64,000 bases of DNA from Betaproteobacteria bacterium (GTDB lineage: Bacteria > Pseudomonadota > Gammaproteobacteria > Burkholderiales > Methylophilaceae), in the NCBI GenBank assembly GCA_016867975.1, contig VGIC01000004.1:11252-75251 (forward strand), read 5' to 3'. Each line of letters starts with the position of its first letter. Position 1 is the first letter of the stretch. Below are positions 54,126 to 64,000 of the stretch, one piece after another. The notes under the pieces are model-generated. The model did no database searches. It was not told where the DNA came from and saw only the letters and a list, made by a program, of their open reading frames with translations. Both the position numbers and the translations under genes were made by a program.

Positions 54126-55481
54126 TTATGAGGCTGCTTGCGCCACTACGTCCGCAATCTTCTGCGCCAGCGTTTTTACCTGCGCTGCATTTTCGCCCTC
54201 TACCATGACGCGAATTTTCGGCTCCGTACCAGAAGCCCGCAGCAGTACGCGACCTGTATCCTGCAACTCAGTCTCTGCCTGCTTCACGGCTTCCTGAATG
54301 CGCGGATTATTCAAATCCAGGTTCTGCTTGGTAGTAACATTAATCAGTAGCTGCGGATACAGCGTCAAATTGGCACCCAATTGGCCTAATGTTTTGTTAC
54401 TTTGAATAACGGCATGTAGCACCTGCAATGCAGCGATAATGCCATCACCGCTACTGTGCTTGTCTAATGTCAGGATATGCCCGGAGTTCTCACCGCCCAA
54501 CTGCCAATTATTCTGAATGAGCAACTCCAGCACATAGCGGTCACCCACTTTGGCTCGCGCAAACGGGATATTCATCGCCGCCAGCTGATGCTCCAAGGCC
54601 AGATTCGTCATCAGTGTGCCGACCACGCCACCTTGCAAAGTGCCAACTTGTTGCCTTGCAGCCGCAATAATGTAGAGCAGCTGATCCCCATCCAATAAGC
54701 GACCATTGCCATCCACCATCATCACGCGGTCACCATCACCATCAAACGCAATGCCTAAATCTGCCTGATGCTCCACAACGGCTTTTTGCAATGCTTCAGG
54801 GTGCGTAGAACCCACCTGCTCATTGATGTTCAAGCCATCTGGTTTATTGCCAATGACGACCACCTCAGCACCCAATTCATGGAACACTGGTGGCGCCACA
54901 TGGTAGGTGGCACCATGCGCACAATCCAACACGATCTTCAGACCACGCAAATCTAGTTGATTGGGGAATGTGCTTTTACAAAATTCCACATAGCGTCCGG
55001 CGGCATCGTCAATGCGGCGCGCTTTACCCAGCTTTGCAGACTCCATCACATGCATCGGCTTTTCCAACTCTGCCTCGATTGCATGCTCAATATCATCTGG
55101 AAGCTTAGTGCCCAAACTGGAGAAGAACTTGATACCGTTATCGTAGTACGGGTTATGTGAGGCCGAGATCACGATACCGGCTTGCGCCCGCAAAGCACGT
55201 GTTAAATAGGCTACTGCAGGCGTAGGCATCGGGCCGGTCAGTAGCACATCAACTCCGGCTGCAGACAATCCCGCCTCCAATGCCGCCTCCAGCATGTAGC
55301 CGGAGATTCGCGTGTCTTTACCGATCAGCACCGCTGGATGCGCACCCTTAGCTAGATGGCTCTCGATACCGGTGAGCACCCGACCAGCTGCATATCCTAA
55401 GCGCATCACAAACTCTGGGGTGATGGTAGCATCCCCTACACGACCACGAATCCCGTCTGTACCAAAATATTTCTTAGTCAT
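54126..55481 (-). CDS. glmM: Phosphoglucosamine mutase
   Basis: [21 protein letters not shown] and GGENSGH motifs. Confidence 0.97.
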   Translation of the reverse strand: MTKKYFGTDGIRGRVGDATITPEFVMRLGYAAGRVLTGIESHLAKGAHPAVLIGKDTRISGYMLEAALEAGLSAAGVDVLLTGPMPTPAVAYLTRALRAQAGIVISASHNPYYDNGIKFFSSLGTKLPDDIEHAIEAELEKPMHVMESAKLGKARRIDDAAGRYVEFCKSTFPNQLDLRGLKIVLDCAHGATYHVAPPVFHELGAEVVVIGNKPDGLNINEQVGSTHPEALQKAVVEHQADLGIAFDGDGDRVMMVDGNGRLLDGDQLLYIIAAARQQVGTLQGGVVGTLMTNLALEHQLAAMNIPFARAKVGDRYVLELLIQNNWQLGGENSGHILTLDKHSSGDGIIAALQVLHAVIQSNKTLGQLGANLTLYPQLLINVTTKQNLDLNNPRIQEAVKQAETELQDTGRVLLRASGTEPKIRVMVEGENAAQVKTLAQKIADVVAQAAS

Positions 55482-55498
55482 TATATTCTTTCCACTCT

Positions 55499-56341
55499 TC
55501 AATTAAGCAACATCACTGCCTCAACGACCTTCAAAGCCTCTACCGTTGCTTTCACATCATGGACGCGTACAATTTTTGCGCCCTTCATCGCAGAAACAAC
55601 AGACGCTGCAATCCCTGCATGCAATCGCTGCTGTTCACCCCCCCCTGCTATCCTGCCCAAGACTGATTTACGCGACAACCCGACCAATAATGGGTAACCA
55701 ATATTCACCAAGCGATCCAAATGCTGGATCAAAGCTATGTTATGTTCTTTGGTTTTACCAAAACCGAAACCCGGATCCAGCAAGATACGATCAGCCGCGA
55801 TACCCTTTGCCACGGCGGCATCAGCTCGCCCACACAAGAACTGCTGCACTTCCAACACCACATCATGATAGGTGGGGTTCAGTTGCATCGTCTGTGGCGT
55901 CCCCTGCATGTGCATCAGACAAACACCCGCATCACTGTCAGCCACCACGTCTAGCGCACCTTCCTCTTGTAAAGCACGCACATCATTCACAATATCCGCA
56001 CCTGCTTGAATTGCTGCGCGCATCACTTCCGGCTTGTAAGTATCAATCGAGAGTGGAATCTGCGTCGTTGCGCTAAGCACCTCAATCACAGGAATAACGC
56101 GATCCAACTCTACTTGTAGCGGCACTGGTTCTGCACCTGGGCGTGTGGACTCACCACCAATATCAAGAATATCTGCGCCTTCTTCAATCAGTCGCAACGC
56201 ATGTGCAACAGCCAAATCCGTTGCAGCGTATTTTCCACCGTCAGAAAATGAGTCAGGCGTCACATTGACGATCCCCATTACGCGGGAGCGACTCAGATCA
56301 AGCTGATATCGGCCGCAGGAAAATATATGATTGCTAACCAT
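55499..56341 (-). CDS. folP: Dihydropteroate synthase
   Basis: [38 protein letters not shown] and RVHDV motifs; start placed at MVSNH. The 113-codon upstream extension lies in the MITE. Confidence 0.96.
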   Translation of the reverse strand: MVSNHIFSCGRYQLDLSRSRVMGIVNVTPDSFSDGGKYAATDLAVAHALRLIEEGADILDIGGESTRPGAEPVPLQVELDRVIPVIEVLSATTQIPLSIDTYKPEVMRAAIQAGADIVNDVRALQEEGALDVVADSDAGVCLMHMQGTPQTMQLNPTYHDVVLEVQQFLCGRADAAVAKGIAADRILLDPGFGFGKTKEHNIALIQHLDRLVNIGYPLLVGLSRKSVLGRIAGGGEQQRLHAGIAASVVSAMKGAKIVRVHDVKATVEALKVVEAVMLLN

Positions 56342-56343
56342 AT

Positions 56344-56757
56344 GAGACCTTTGCAAAAGTGCTTCTTGTGGATGAAGCGTACCAGTGATTGGCATATCCG
56401 TGGAATATATGCGCTGAAGCGCATTATTCACACGCCAAAGGCGCACACCCGCACGGGGCATCACCAACCTCGCTAGATGCTGAAGCATTAAGTCGGTTGT
56501 GACGGAACGCATAAACCGAGAAAACCAACGCAGTGTTTCGGCGTAGGCTAACTCACGAAGCGATGTTAAGCGTAGCGGCCGAAGCCATAGTATGCGGTAT
56601 ACAGCGAGGTTGCGAATTTGTTTTTGGCAGGCATTTGAGCGTAGCTCAAAGCTCGCACAACGTAGTTGCGGTGTAGGCATAACCTTAAGGTTATGCCGTA
56701 ACCAAAAAACCGCGTAACGCAGTGATTCGCCATAGGAAGTAGTTTTGCAAAGGTCTC
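56344..56757. mobile_element. 414-bp composite MITE with GAGACCTTTGCAAAA ends between ftsH and folP
   Basis: Perfect 15-bp TIRs; four collinear blocks match the 35752-35894 core, separated by hairpin-rich inserts including GTAG-GCATAACC-TTAA-GGTTATGC. Confidence 0.8.
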
Positions 56758-56846
56758 CATACGCAGATTATACTGAATTAGCGTCGTGACATGAAAAAGG
56801 GCTGGAAATTTCCAGTCCACATCGCACTATTGTACTCCGTAAAATA

Positions 56847-58745
56847 TTAGGTCTTTGCAGTCGGTTGCGGAGCATGACTTGCACCCGAGTCAGTCGACTC
56901 GGCATCCCTGCCCGCAGAAGGCGGTGTTTTGCTTTGTTTGGGCTTGGGTTCACGCACAGGCAAACCTGCCATGATGTCATTGATCTGATCCGCATCAATG
57001 GTCTCATACTCCATCAATGCCGCGGTCATCGCCTCAACCTTGTCACGATTGCCTTCAAGTAGTTTGCGTGCAAGGGCATACTGCTCATCCAGAATCTTGC
57101 GGATCTCTGCGTCAACTTTCTGTTGTGTCGCTTCCGAAACTGTTCTTGAGCTCATACTACCAAAGAAGGAATCCTGCTCACTGCTCGCATACACCATCGT
57201 CCCCAAGATATCGCTCATACCATATCGTGTCACCATATCGCGCGCCAATTTGGTTGCCCGTTCAAAATCATTAGAAGCCCCTGTCGACATCTGCCCCATG
57301 AAAATCTCCTCAGCGATACGCCCGCCGAACAAAATGGAAATTTCTTCCAGCATCTTGTCCTTGTAATTGCTGATACGATCAAATTCTGGCAACTGCCATG
57401 TCAAACCCAATGCCCAGCCGCGCGGCATGATGGTAACTTTGTGTACAGGATCAGCTTTCGGCAATAATTTGGCCACCACCGCATGACCGGACTCGTGATA
57501 AGCCGTATTGCGGCGCTCCTCTTCACGCATCACCATCGATTTACGCTCTGGCCCCATGAATATCTTGTCTTTAGCATCTTCAAAGTCTTGCATATCCACC
57601 GTGCGCTTATTCCGTCGCGCAGCAAATAACGCAGCCTCATTCACTAAGTTTGCCAGATCTGCACCGCTAAATCCTGGCGTACCGCGTGCCAGCACATCTG
57701 CTTTGACGTTCGGGTCAATCGGCACTTTACGCATATGAACCAGTAAGATTTGTTCGCGACCTTTGATATCCGGCAAACCAACCATGACCTGGCGATCAAA
57801 GCGCCCAGGGCGCAGCAAGGCCTTATCCAGCACATCTGCACGATTAGTCGCTGCAATCACGATCACACCAGAGTTAGCCTCGAAGCCGTCCATCTCCACC
57901 AGCATCTGGTTCAATGTTTGTTCACGCTCATCATTACCGCCACCAGTTCCCGCCCCACGGCTACGACCCACAGCATCAATCTCATCAATAAAAATGATGC
58001 ATGGGGAGTTCTTTTTCGCCGTTTCGAACATGTCGCGTACGCGGGACGCGCCCACGCCAACAAACATCTCAACGAAATCAGATCCTGAAATCGTGAAAAA
58101 TGGCACTTTCGCCTCCCCTGCAATGGCACGCGCCAGCAAGGTTTTGCCAGTGCCAGGAGGACCAACCATCAACACCCCACGCGGGATGCGCCCGCCAAGT
58201 TTTTGGAATTTACCTGGATCCCGCAAAAACTCAACCAGTTCAAACACCTCCTCTTTAGCTTCATCACAGCCTGCAACGTCGGCAAATGTCGTCTGATTAT
58301 TTCCCTCATCCAGTTGACGCGCTTTGCTCTTACCAAATGAGAACGGGCCTCCCCCTTTGCCGCCACCTTGCATCTGGCGCATAAAGAATATCCAGACCCC
58401 AATTAGCAGAATCATCGGGAACCACGAAACGAAGAGGCTCATCAAGAACGATTGCTCTTCTTCTGGTTTCGATTCAACGGTCACATTATATTTCAGCAGA
58501 TCAGACACCAGCCATGGATCAGAAGGTGCATAGGTGGTAAACCGCTTACCCTCCTGAGTCGATCCTCGCAACACGCGACCATCAATCTGCACTTTGGCAA
58601 TACGGCCATCTTTGACATCCTGAATGAATTGGGAATAAACAATCTGACCATCCGTGCCACTCTTTACACCAGTCAGATTAAAGACCGCCATCAGCACCAT
58701 GGCAATGGCAAGCCAAATCGCGATATTCTTAACAACGTTGTTCAA
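56847..58745 (-). CDS. ftsH: ATP-dependent zinc metalloprotease FtsH
   Basis: Two TM helices, [23 protein letters not shown] and HESGH zinc motif. Confidence 0.98.
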   Translation of the reverse strand: MNNVVKNIAIWLAIAMVLMAVFNLTGVKSGTDGQIVYSQFIQDVKDGRIAKVQIDGRVLRGSTQEGKRFTTYAPSDPWLVSDLLKYNVTVESKPEEEQSFLMSLFVSWFPMILLIGVWIFFMRQMQGGGKGGGPFSFGKSKARQLDEGNNQTTFADVAGCDEAKEEVFELVEFLRDPGKFQKLGGRIPRGVLMVGPPGTGKTLLARAIAGEAKVPFFTISGSDFVEMFVGVGASRVRDMFETAKKNSPCIIFIDEIDAVGRSRGAGTGGGNDEREQTLNQMLVEMDGFEANSGVIVIAATNRADVLDKALLRPGRFDRQVMVGLPDIKGREQILLVHMRKVPIDPNVKADVLARGTPGFSGADLANLVNEAALFAARRNKRTVDMQDFEDAKDKIFMGPERKSMVMREEERRNTAYHESGHAVVAKLLPKADPVHKVTIMPRGWALGLTWQLPEFDRISNYKDKMLEEISILFGGRIAEEIFMGQMSTGASNDFERATKLARDMVTRYGMSDILGTMVYASSEQDSFFGSMSSRTVSEATQQKVDAEIRKILDEQYALARKLLEGNRDKVEAMTAALMEYETIDADQINDIMAGLPVREPKPKQSKTPPSAGRDAESTDSGASHAPQPTAKT

Positions 58746-58825
58746 AATTTTGTCCTCTTAGAGCCTATTTCAATAGGTTATTAATGCAACGACGATACAT
58801 TTTTATTGATAGCTTACCGCAAATT

Positions 58826-59446
58826 TCAGGGTTTTCGTCCAATTCCCAACAAATAAACCTCGCTACTGCGATCACGTGAGGCTTTAGGCTTACGCGTCAC
58901 CACCTTATCAAACATCTGGCGCATGTTGTGTAGAATTTCTTCAAACCCTGCACCGATAAAGACCTTGACTAAAAAAGAACCTTTTGGCTTCAACCAGTCG
59001 CGACTAAACTCCAACGCCAACTCAGTCAAATAGGCGGCGCCTGCCTGATCCACATCCTTCACTCCGCTTATATTGGGTGCCATGTCCGCAATTACAAGGT
59101 CAAGCTGCTTATTATTTAATTGAGCTTCCAACTCACGAAGCACGGACTCTTCACGGAAATCACCCTGTATAAAGGTCACGCCACCAATCGGCTGCATCTC
59201 AAGAATATCCAGCGCAATGACCTTACCCTGACCCTTTAGACGTTGTGTGGCGACTTGAGACCAGCTACCTGGTGCTGACCCTAAATCTACAATCGTCATT
59301 CCCGGCCTGATAAGTTTGTCCTTATCGTCAATCTCAATGAGCTTGTAAGCAGCGCGGGCGCGATAACCCTCCTTCTGTGCACGCTTCACAAATTCATCGT
59401 TCAAATGCTCTTGCATCCAAGCTTTACTAGTACGGGATGGTTTCAT
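58826..59446 (-). CDS. rlmE: 23S rRNA Um2552 methyltransferase RlmE/FtsJ
   Basis: [23 protein letters not shown] and [13 protein letters not shown] motifs. Confidence 0.97.
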   Translation of the reverse strand: MKPSRTSKAWMQEHLNDEFVKRAQKEGYRARAAYKLIEIDDKDKLIRPGMTIVDLGSAPGSWSQVATQRLKGQGKVIALDILEMQPIGGVTFIQGDFREESVLRELEAQLNNKQLDLVIADMAPNISGVKDVDQAGAAYLTELALEFSRDWLKPKGSFLVKVFIGAGFEEILHNMRQMFDKVVTRKPKASRDRSSEVYLLGIGRKP

Positions 59447-59500
59447 TGATTTGTAATTTGCATTTAAAACGGCGTATTCTACGCCTTATTTTAAATACTT

Positions 59501-59530
59501 AAAAAAACAAAGCCCCTAACGGGGCTTTGT
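59501..59530 (-). terminator. Intrinsic terminator after the DUF1097 gene
   Basis: ACAAAGCCCC/GGGGCTTTGT stem with a U-tract on the minus strand. Confidence 0.8.
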
Positions 59531-59576
59531 TCACAACAAAAAAACACCTTCTAGTCAGTAGACTAAACCATGCTAT

Positions 59577-60089
59577 TTATTTGCCCAGCTTACCAGCCAG
59601 TTGACCAGAAAACTTACCGAATACCGCACCTAACACGACTGAAATGATCACCAATAATGCGGGATTAGATAAATCCAGTGCTGTTGCATTCGCAGCTGTA
59701 TTGGTAGAAAGCGCCAAACCAGCTGTAGCAGCATAGCCATAAACATTGGCTGGAACCACGGACAGTAGATTTACGCCTGCAACAATTACTAAAGGAAACA
59801 CAGTGATAGCGATAATAGCCGGAACTTCAAGAGACTCCAACGCACCCAAATCTCCCATTGGATCACCCACCACCAAGGCCAATGCAACTGCAGCCATTAC
59901 AGCACCAAAAGCCATACCCGCAATTGTTTTTTGCAATGCCGCGTTGTCGCCGCCTGTATGAAAATAACAACCCCAGGCAATAAAGCCCACCCAGATAATT
60001 GCAGTACCTGCGAGCGGATTCAATGCAAGAAAAGTCCAAACGCCACCTAAAACAGCAATACTTAAAGCCAGTGCAGTTAATTTCGACAT
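59577..60089 (-). CDS. DUF1097-family membrane protein
   Basis: Multiple TM helices; W.GFIAWGCYFHTGG and VPANVYGYA motifs. Confidence 0.8.
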   Translation of the reverse strand: MSKLTALALSIAVLGGVWTFLALNPLAGTAIIWVGFIAWGCYFHTGGDNAALQKTIAGMAFGAVMAAVALALVVGDPMGDLGALESLEVPAIIAITVFPLVIVAGVNLLSVVPANVYGYAATAGLALSTNTAANATALDLSNPALLVIISVVLGAVFGKFSGQLAGKLGK

Positions 60090-60424
60090 ACCTATTTCTC
60101 CCTAATTATTTAGTTGAATTTCAAGTTAATGCGAAAAGCAGCGAGGTGTGCAGAGCGAATAAAGATGTAAATAGCAACTCCACTGCATCAACGCTATGGC
60201 GATAATGAATGATTTTTGACGAAATGTAAATGACTACCCAACACTTCAACATGAATTATTGGCGATCGTAGGCGAGTGAGGATGCACCTAAATCACTGAA
60301 TGACTGGGAGCACGAGCACTAGGGGACAGGCCACGATTATTTCTCTTAAAACCCTAAGGAATCTATCAGCCTACAATCAGCTAACAGGTTTATGTTAAAA
60401 TGCGAGAAATTTCTAAGGAAGTCA

Positions 60425-60733
60425 ATGAAACTCACCACCAAACAAATCGCTCATTTACGTGGGCTTGCACACAGCCTTAACCCTGTCGTGATGATCGGCA
60501 ATAATGGGCTCACTGAAAATGTCATCAAAGAAATCGATGTCAATCTCAATGCCCACGAGCTAATCAAAGTGCAAGTAGCCGGCGATGACCGCGATGCGCG
60601 TAAAGCCATTTACGCAGATATCTGTACCGCAACAGGTGCTATCGCTGTACATCATATTGGGAAACAGCTGGTGTTTTACCGCGCGAGTAACACAATCAAG
60701 GAAAGTGCTAAAGTAGTCGTGCCAAAAATGTAA
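60425..60733 (+). CDS. yhbY: Ribosome assembly RNA-binding protein YhbY
   Basis: LRGLAHSLNPVVMIG, HELIKV and HIGKQLVFYR motifs. Confidence 0.95.
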   Translation: MKLTTKQIAHLRGLAHSLNPVVMIGNNGLTENVIKEIDVNLNAHELIKVQVAGDDRDARKAIYADICTATGAIAVHHIGKQLVFYRASNTIKESAKVVVPKM

Positions 60734-60774
60734 TACTGATCAACGTCTACGCTGCGCTGGTCTAGCGTCCAAGG

Positions 60775-61212
60775 TCAGCGCACTTTCAACACCATCACAA
60801 CGGCCAGCAGGCACTCCATCACATAAGCCACACTCGCAACACCGTGCCAGGTTTTAAAGCGATCCGCAAACACCGTCTGCATTACATCAGAAGGAAGGGC
60901 TTGCGCTTTTAAGCTTTCCAATACAGGCTGTATGCCAAAGTGTCCAGCAAGCACCAGCAACAACATCAAAAATACCGTCCAAAAGAACAACTGCTTCAAG
61001 GCCTGCGTACCATACTGCACCAAACGATGAGTCAGCAAATAGAATGCACTGACTAGGCCGATATAGCTCACCACCTTGAACAGCTCACCGGCCAACCTGC
61101 CAGCCATTTGCTTATCTTGCAGGCTGTCAAACAACACGTAAGCACTACCTGCTGTCATCCACAGCCCTCCGGCCCATAATGTCATGATGATGAGTGATAG
61201 TCTATTTGCCAT
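60775..61212 (-). CDS. DUF4149 membrane protein
   Basis: LWAGGLW, AGRLAG.LF and FKTWHGVAS motifs; usual greA neighbour. Confidence 0.85.
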   Translation of the reverse strand: MANRLSLIIMTLWAGGLWMTAGSAYVLFDSLQDKQMAGRLAGELFKVVSYIGLVSAFYLLTHRLVQYGTQALKQLFFWTVFLMLLLVLAGHFGIQPVLESLKAQALPSDVMQTVFADRFKTWHGVASVAYVMECLLAVVMVLKVR

Positions 61213-61238
61213 ATTGATACCCCCAACGTACGCTATGA

Positions 61239-61721
61239 TTAAATATACAAGACATCCAATATTTCATACTCTCTGACACCGCCTGGCGCAGCCACCTCGG
61301 CGATATCTCCCGCAGACTTGCCAATCAAGCCACGTGCGATAGGTGAAGCCACAGAGATCTTACCGTTTTTGATATCGGCTTCATCTTCCCCCACGATTTG
61401 ATAAGTCTTGTTGTCACCAGAGTCCAAATCTTCAATATTGACCGTTGCACCGAACACCACACGACCATCTGCATTGAGGGTTTGTGGATCGATCACCTGA
61501 AGGTTAGACAGCTTAGCTTCCAACTCCGCAATACGTCCTTCAATAAAACTCTGACGCTCTTTTGCTGACTCATATTCTGCATTTTCAGACAAATCACCTT
61601 GAGCACGCGCCTCGGCGATTGCCTGTATGATATTAGGTCTATCGACACCACGTAAGCGTTGCAACTCTTCTTTTAGCAACTCTGCACCACGCACCGTTAC
61701 TGGGATTTGACTGACTGCCAT
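61239..61721 (-). CDS. greA: Transcription elongation factor GreA
   Basis: ARAQGDLSENAEY, VVFGATV and ISVASPIARGL motifs. Confidence 0.98.
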   Translation of the reverse strand: MAVSQIPVTVRGAELLKEELQRLRGVDRPNIIQAIAEARAQGDLSENAEYESAKERQSFIEGRIAELEAKLSNLQVIDPQTLNADGRVVFGATVNIEDLDSGDNKTYQIVGEDEADIKNGKISVASPIARGLIGKSAGDIAEVAAPGGVREYEILDVLYI

Positions 61722-61738
61722 ACGACTTTCCTTATACT

Positions 61739-61771
61739 AAAAAACAAAACCACACTCGCAAGGAGCGTGGT
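61739..61771 (-). terminator. Intrinsic terminator between carB and greA
   Basis: Minus strand ACCACGCTC-cttgc-GAGTGTGGT-TTTGTTTTT (9-bp stem with one G-U pair). Confidence 0.65.
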
Positions 61772-61809
61772 CTTTAATAAAACCAAACTAGATTTAGGCT
61801 TAGTTTATT

Positions 61810-64000
61810 TTAAGCCAGTTGTTTATGCAAGCTCTGCAAAGACTCAACCTGAATCTCCTGCATGTGTGCCATACCGATGCACGCAGCTTTTGCACCCGCA
61901 ATCGTTGTGTAATAAGTCACTTTGTTTTGCAAGGCACTGCGGCGAATCTCATATGAATCAGCCACCGCACGTTTATCTTCCGTCACGTTCACAATAAAAC
62001 TGATATCACCGTTCTTGATCATATCCACGATGTGCGGGCGACCTTCTGCCACCTTGTTAACCGCCTGAACCTGCAAGCCTTCCGCTGCAATTGCTGCCGC
62101 AGTACCCTTAGTCGCTACCAAATCAAAGCCCAACTGATCCAACTGCTGAGCGATCTCAATCACTTTAGCGTAATCCTCTTTACGCACACTGATAAACGCT
62201 CTGCCGCCTTGTGGCAACTTGGTAGAAGCCCCCAACTGTGACTTCAGGAAAGCCTCCGCAAATGTAGTACCAACCCCCATCACTTCACCAGTGGATTTCA
62301 TTTCCGGTCCTAAAATCGTATCGACACCCGGGAATTTGATGAATGGAAAAACCGCTTCTTTCACAGAGTAAAACGGCGGAATGACTTCGTTTGTCACTTT
62401 TTGTGAGGACAGACTCTGGCCCACCATACAACGTGCTGCCACTTTAGCCAATTGCAAGCCACAGGCTTTAGAGACGAATGGCACAGTACGTGAAGCACGA
62501 GGATTCACCTCCAGTACATAGACCGTTTCACCTTGAATGGCGAACTGCACGTTCATCAAACCGACCACGCCCAGTGCTTTTGCCATTTGCTTGGTTTGCA
62601 CCCGCAACTCATCCTGCAGCTTGGCTGACAGGCTATACGGCGGCAATGAACAGGCAGAATCGCCTGAGTGTACACCTGCCTGCTCCACGTGTTCCATGAT
62701 GCCGCCGATAACAACTTCCTCACCATCGGACAACGCATCAACATCCACTTCCAGCGCGTCATTCAAGAAACGATCCAGCAATACTGGCGATTCATTCGAT
62801 ACCTTCACAGCCTCACGCATGTAGCGCTCAAGCTGGCTTTGCTCCTGCACAATCTCCATCGCGCGCCCCCCTAACACATAACTTGGGCGTACTACGAGTG
62901 GATAACCAATCTCACCGGCTAATCGCAACGCCTCATCTTCAGTGCGTGCAGTACGATTAGGCGGTTGCCTCAGGCCTAGGTCATGTAGCATCTTCTGAAA
63001 ACGCTCGCGGTCTTCTGCACAGTCGATTGCGTCAGGCGTTGTGCCGATGATAGGCACGCCTGCTTTTTCCAAATCGCGCGCCAATTTCAGCGGAGTCTGG
63101 CCGCCGTACTGCACAATCACGCCCACTGGTTTCTCCAGCGCAACGATTTCCAGTACATCTTCCAGCGTCACAGGTTCAAAGTACAAACGATCCGAGGTGT
63201 CGTAATCCGTAGAAACCGTTTCAGGGTTACAGTTCACCATGATGGTCTCATAGCCATCTTCACGCATCGCAAAGGCTGCATGTACACAGCAATAGTCAAA
63301 CTCAATGCCTTGACCGATACGATTAGGACCACCGCCCAACACCATGATTTTTTTCTTGCTACTTGGCTGAGCTTCGCACTCTTCCTCATAAGTGGAGTAC
63401 ATATAAGCCGTATTGGTCGAAAACTCCGCCGCACAAGTATCAACACGCTTATACACTGGGCGCACGTTCAATGCCTGGCGGTAAGCACGCACTGCATGCT
63501 GATCTGTCCCCAGCAACTTAGCCAAACGCCTATCAGAGAAACCGCACCGTTTCAGCTGCCACAAGGCCGCCTTATCCAGATCTGCAATGTTTTTTCCTTT
63601 GAGCGCCTGTTCACGGTCGATAATGTCTTTCAGTTGCACGAGGAACCAAGGGTCAATCTTGGATAAGTTAAACACCTCATCAATACTCAAACCTTTCCTA
63701 AAGGCATCCCCCACGTACCAGATACGCTCCGGGCCAGGCACCCCGATTTCCTTGGTAATGATATCCAAGTCGGTTGTTTTCTCATCCAGCCCATCCACCC
63801 CCACCTCCAAGCCTCGCATGGCCTTTTGAAACGACTCCTGGAAGGTGCGACCAATCGCCATCACCTCACCGACCGATTTCATTTGCGTGGTCAGGCGTGA
63901 ATCTGCTTGTGGAAATTTCTCAAAGGCAAAACGTGGCACTTTGGTGACGACATAATCGATGCTGGGTTCGAATGATGCTGGCGTTGCACCACCGGTGATC
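61810..64000 (-). CDS. carB: Carbamoyl-phosphate synthase large subunit (3' part)
   Basis: Frame open to the window edge ([20 protein letters not shown]); [28 protein letters not shown] and EVNPRASRT motifs; MGS domain. Confidence 0.98.
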   Translation of the reverse strand, partial: ITGGATPASFEPSIDYVVTKVPRFAFEKFPQADSRLTTQMKSVGEVMAIGRTFQESFQKAMRGLEVGVDGLDEKTTDLDIITKEIGVPGPERIWYVGDAFRKGLSIDEVFNLSKIDPWFLVQLKDIIDREQALKGKNIADLDKAALWQLKRCGFSDRRLAKLLGTDQHAVRAYRQALNVRPVYKRVDTCAAEFSTNTAYMYSTYEEECEAQPSSKKKIMVLGGGPNRIGQGIEFDYCCVHAAFAMREDGYETIMVNCNPETVSTDYDTSDRLYFEPVTLEDVLEIVALEKPVGVIVQYGGQTPLKLARDLEKAGVPIIGTTPDAIDCAEDRERFQKMLHDLGLRQPPNRTARTEDEALRLAGEIGYPLVVRPSYVLGGRAMEIVQEQSQLERYMREAVKVSNESPVLLDRFLNDALEVDVDALSDGEEVVIGGIMEHVEQAGVHSGDSACSLPPYSLSAKLQDELRVQTKQMAKALGVVGLMNVQFAIQGETVYVLEVNPRASRTVPFVSKACGLQLAKVAARCMVGQSLSSQKVTNEVIPPFYSVKEAVFPFIKFPGVDTILGPEMKSTGEVMGVGTTFAEAFLKSQLGASTKLPQGGRAFISVRKEDYAKVIEIAQQLDQLGFDLVATKGTAAAIAAEGLQVQAVNKVAEGRPHIVDMIKNGDISFIVNVTEDKRAVADSYEIRRSALQNKVTYYTTIAGAKAACIGMAHMQEIQVESLQSLHKQLA

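Noticed and set aside
56342-56680. 113-codon N-terminal extension of FolP in the ORF track
   Set aside because: Lies wholly in the MITE; DHPS homology starts at MVSNH (56341). A similar artefact extends the SulP ORF to 35862.

Overview
64 kb of betaproteobacterial chromosome. It is probably Methylophilaceae/Nitrosomonadales, judged from gene order and protein resemblance; no methylotrophy genes lie in the window, so this is an inference. The housekeeping backbone is purL, glgP, htpG, mutS, suhB-trmJ-cysE-iscR-iscS'-iscS-iscU-iscA-hscB-hscA-fdx, lysS-prfB (programmed frameshift), DUF47-pit, glmM-folP-ftsH-rlmE, yhbY, greA and carB. Three accessory layers stand out. (1) Sulfide handling: fccAB, plus an ArsR-flanked operon MFP-RND-DUF2892-TolC-lipoprotein rhodanese-DUF3365 cytochrome-SQR, whose operator-like motif recurs upstream of an orphan ccoG. 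(2) An island after fdx: SulP-carbonic anhydrase-SulP, two paralogous small secreted proteins with a repeated N-x-L-S-K-R-P-Y-like motif, a GAF-LuxR/CHASE3 kinase/REC-only module, a protease and several outer-membrane beta-barrels. (3) Non-autonomous palindromic elements in operon spacers, in which terminal-repeat shells and internal hairpin cargoes appear to be shuffled. No CRISPR array, tRNA, rRNA or transposase gene was seen. All family assignments come from recognised motifs; no database search was run.
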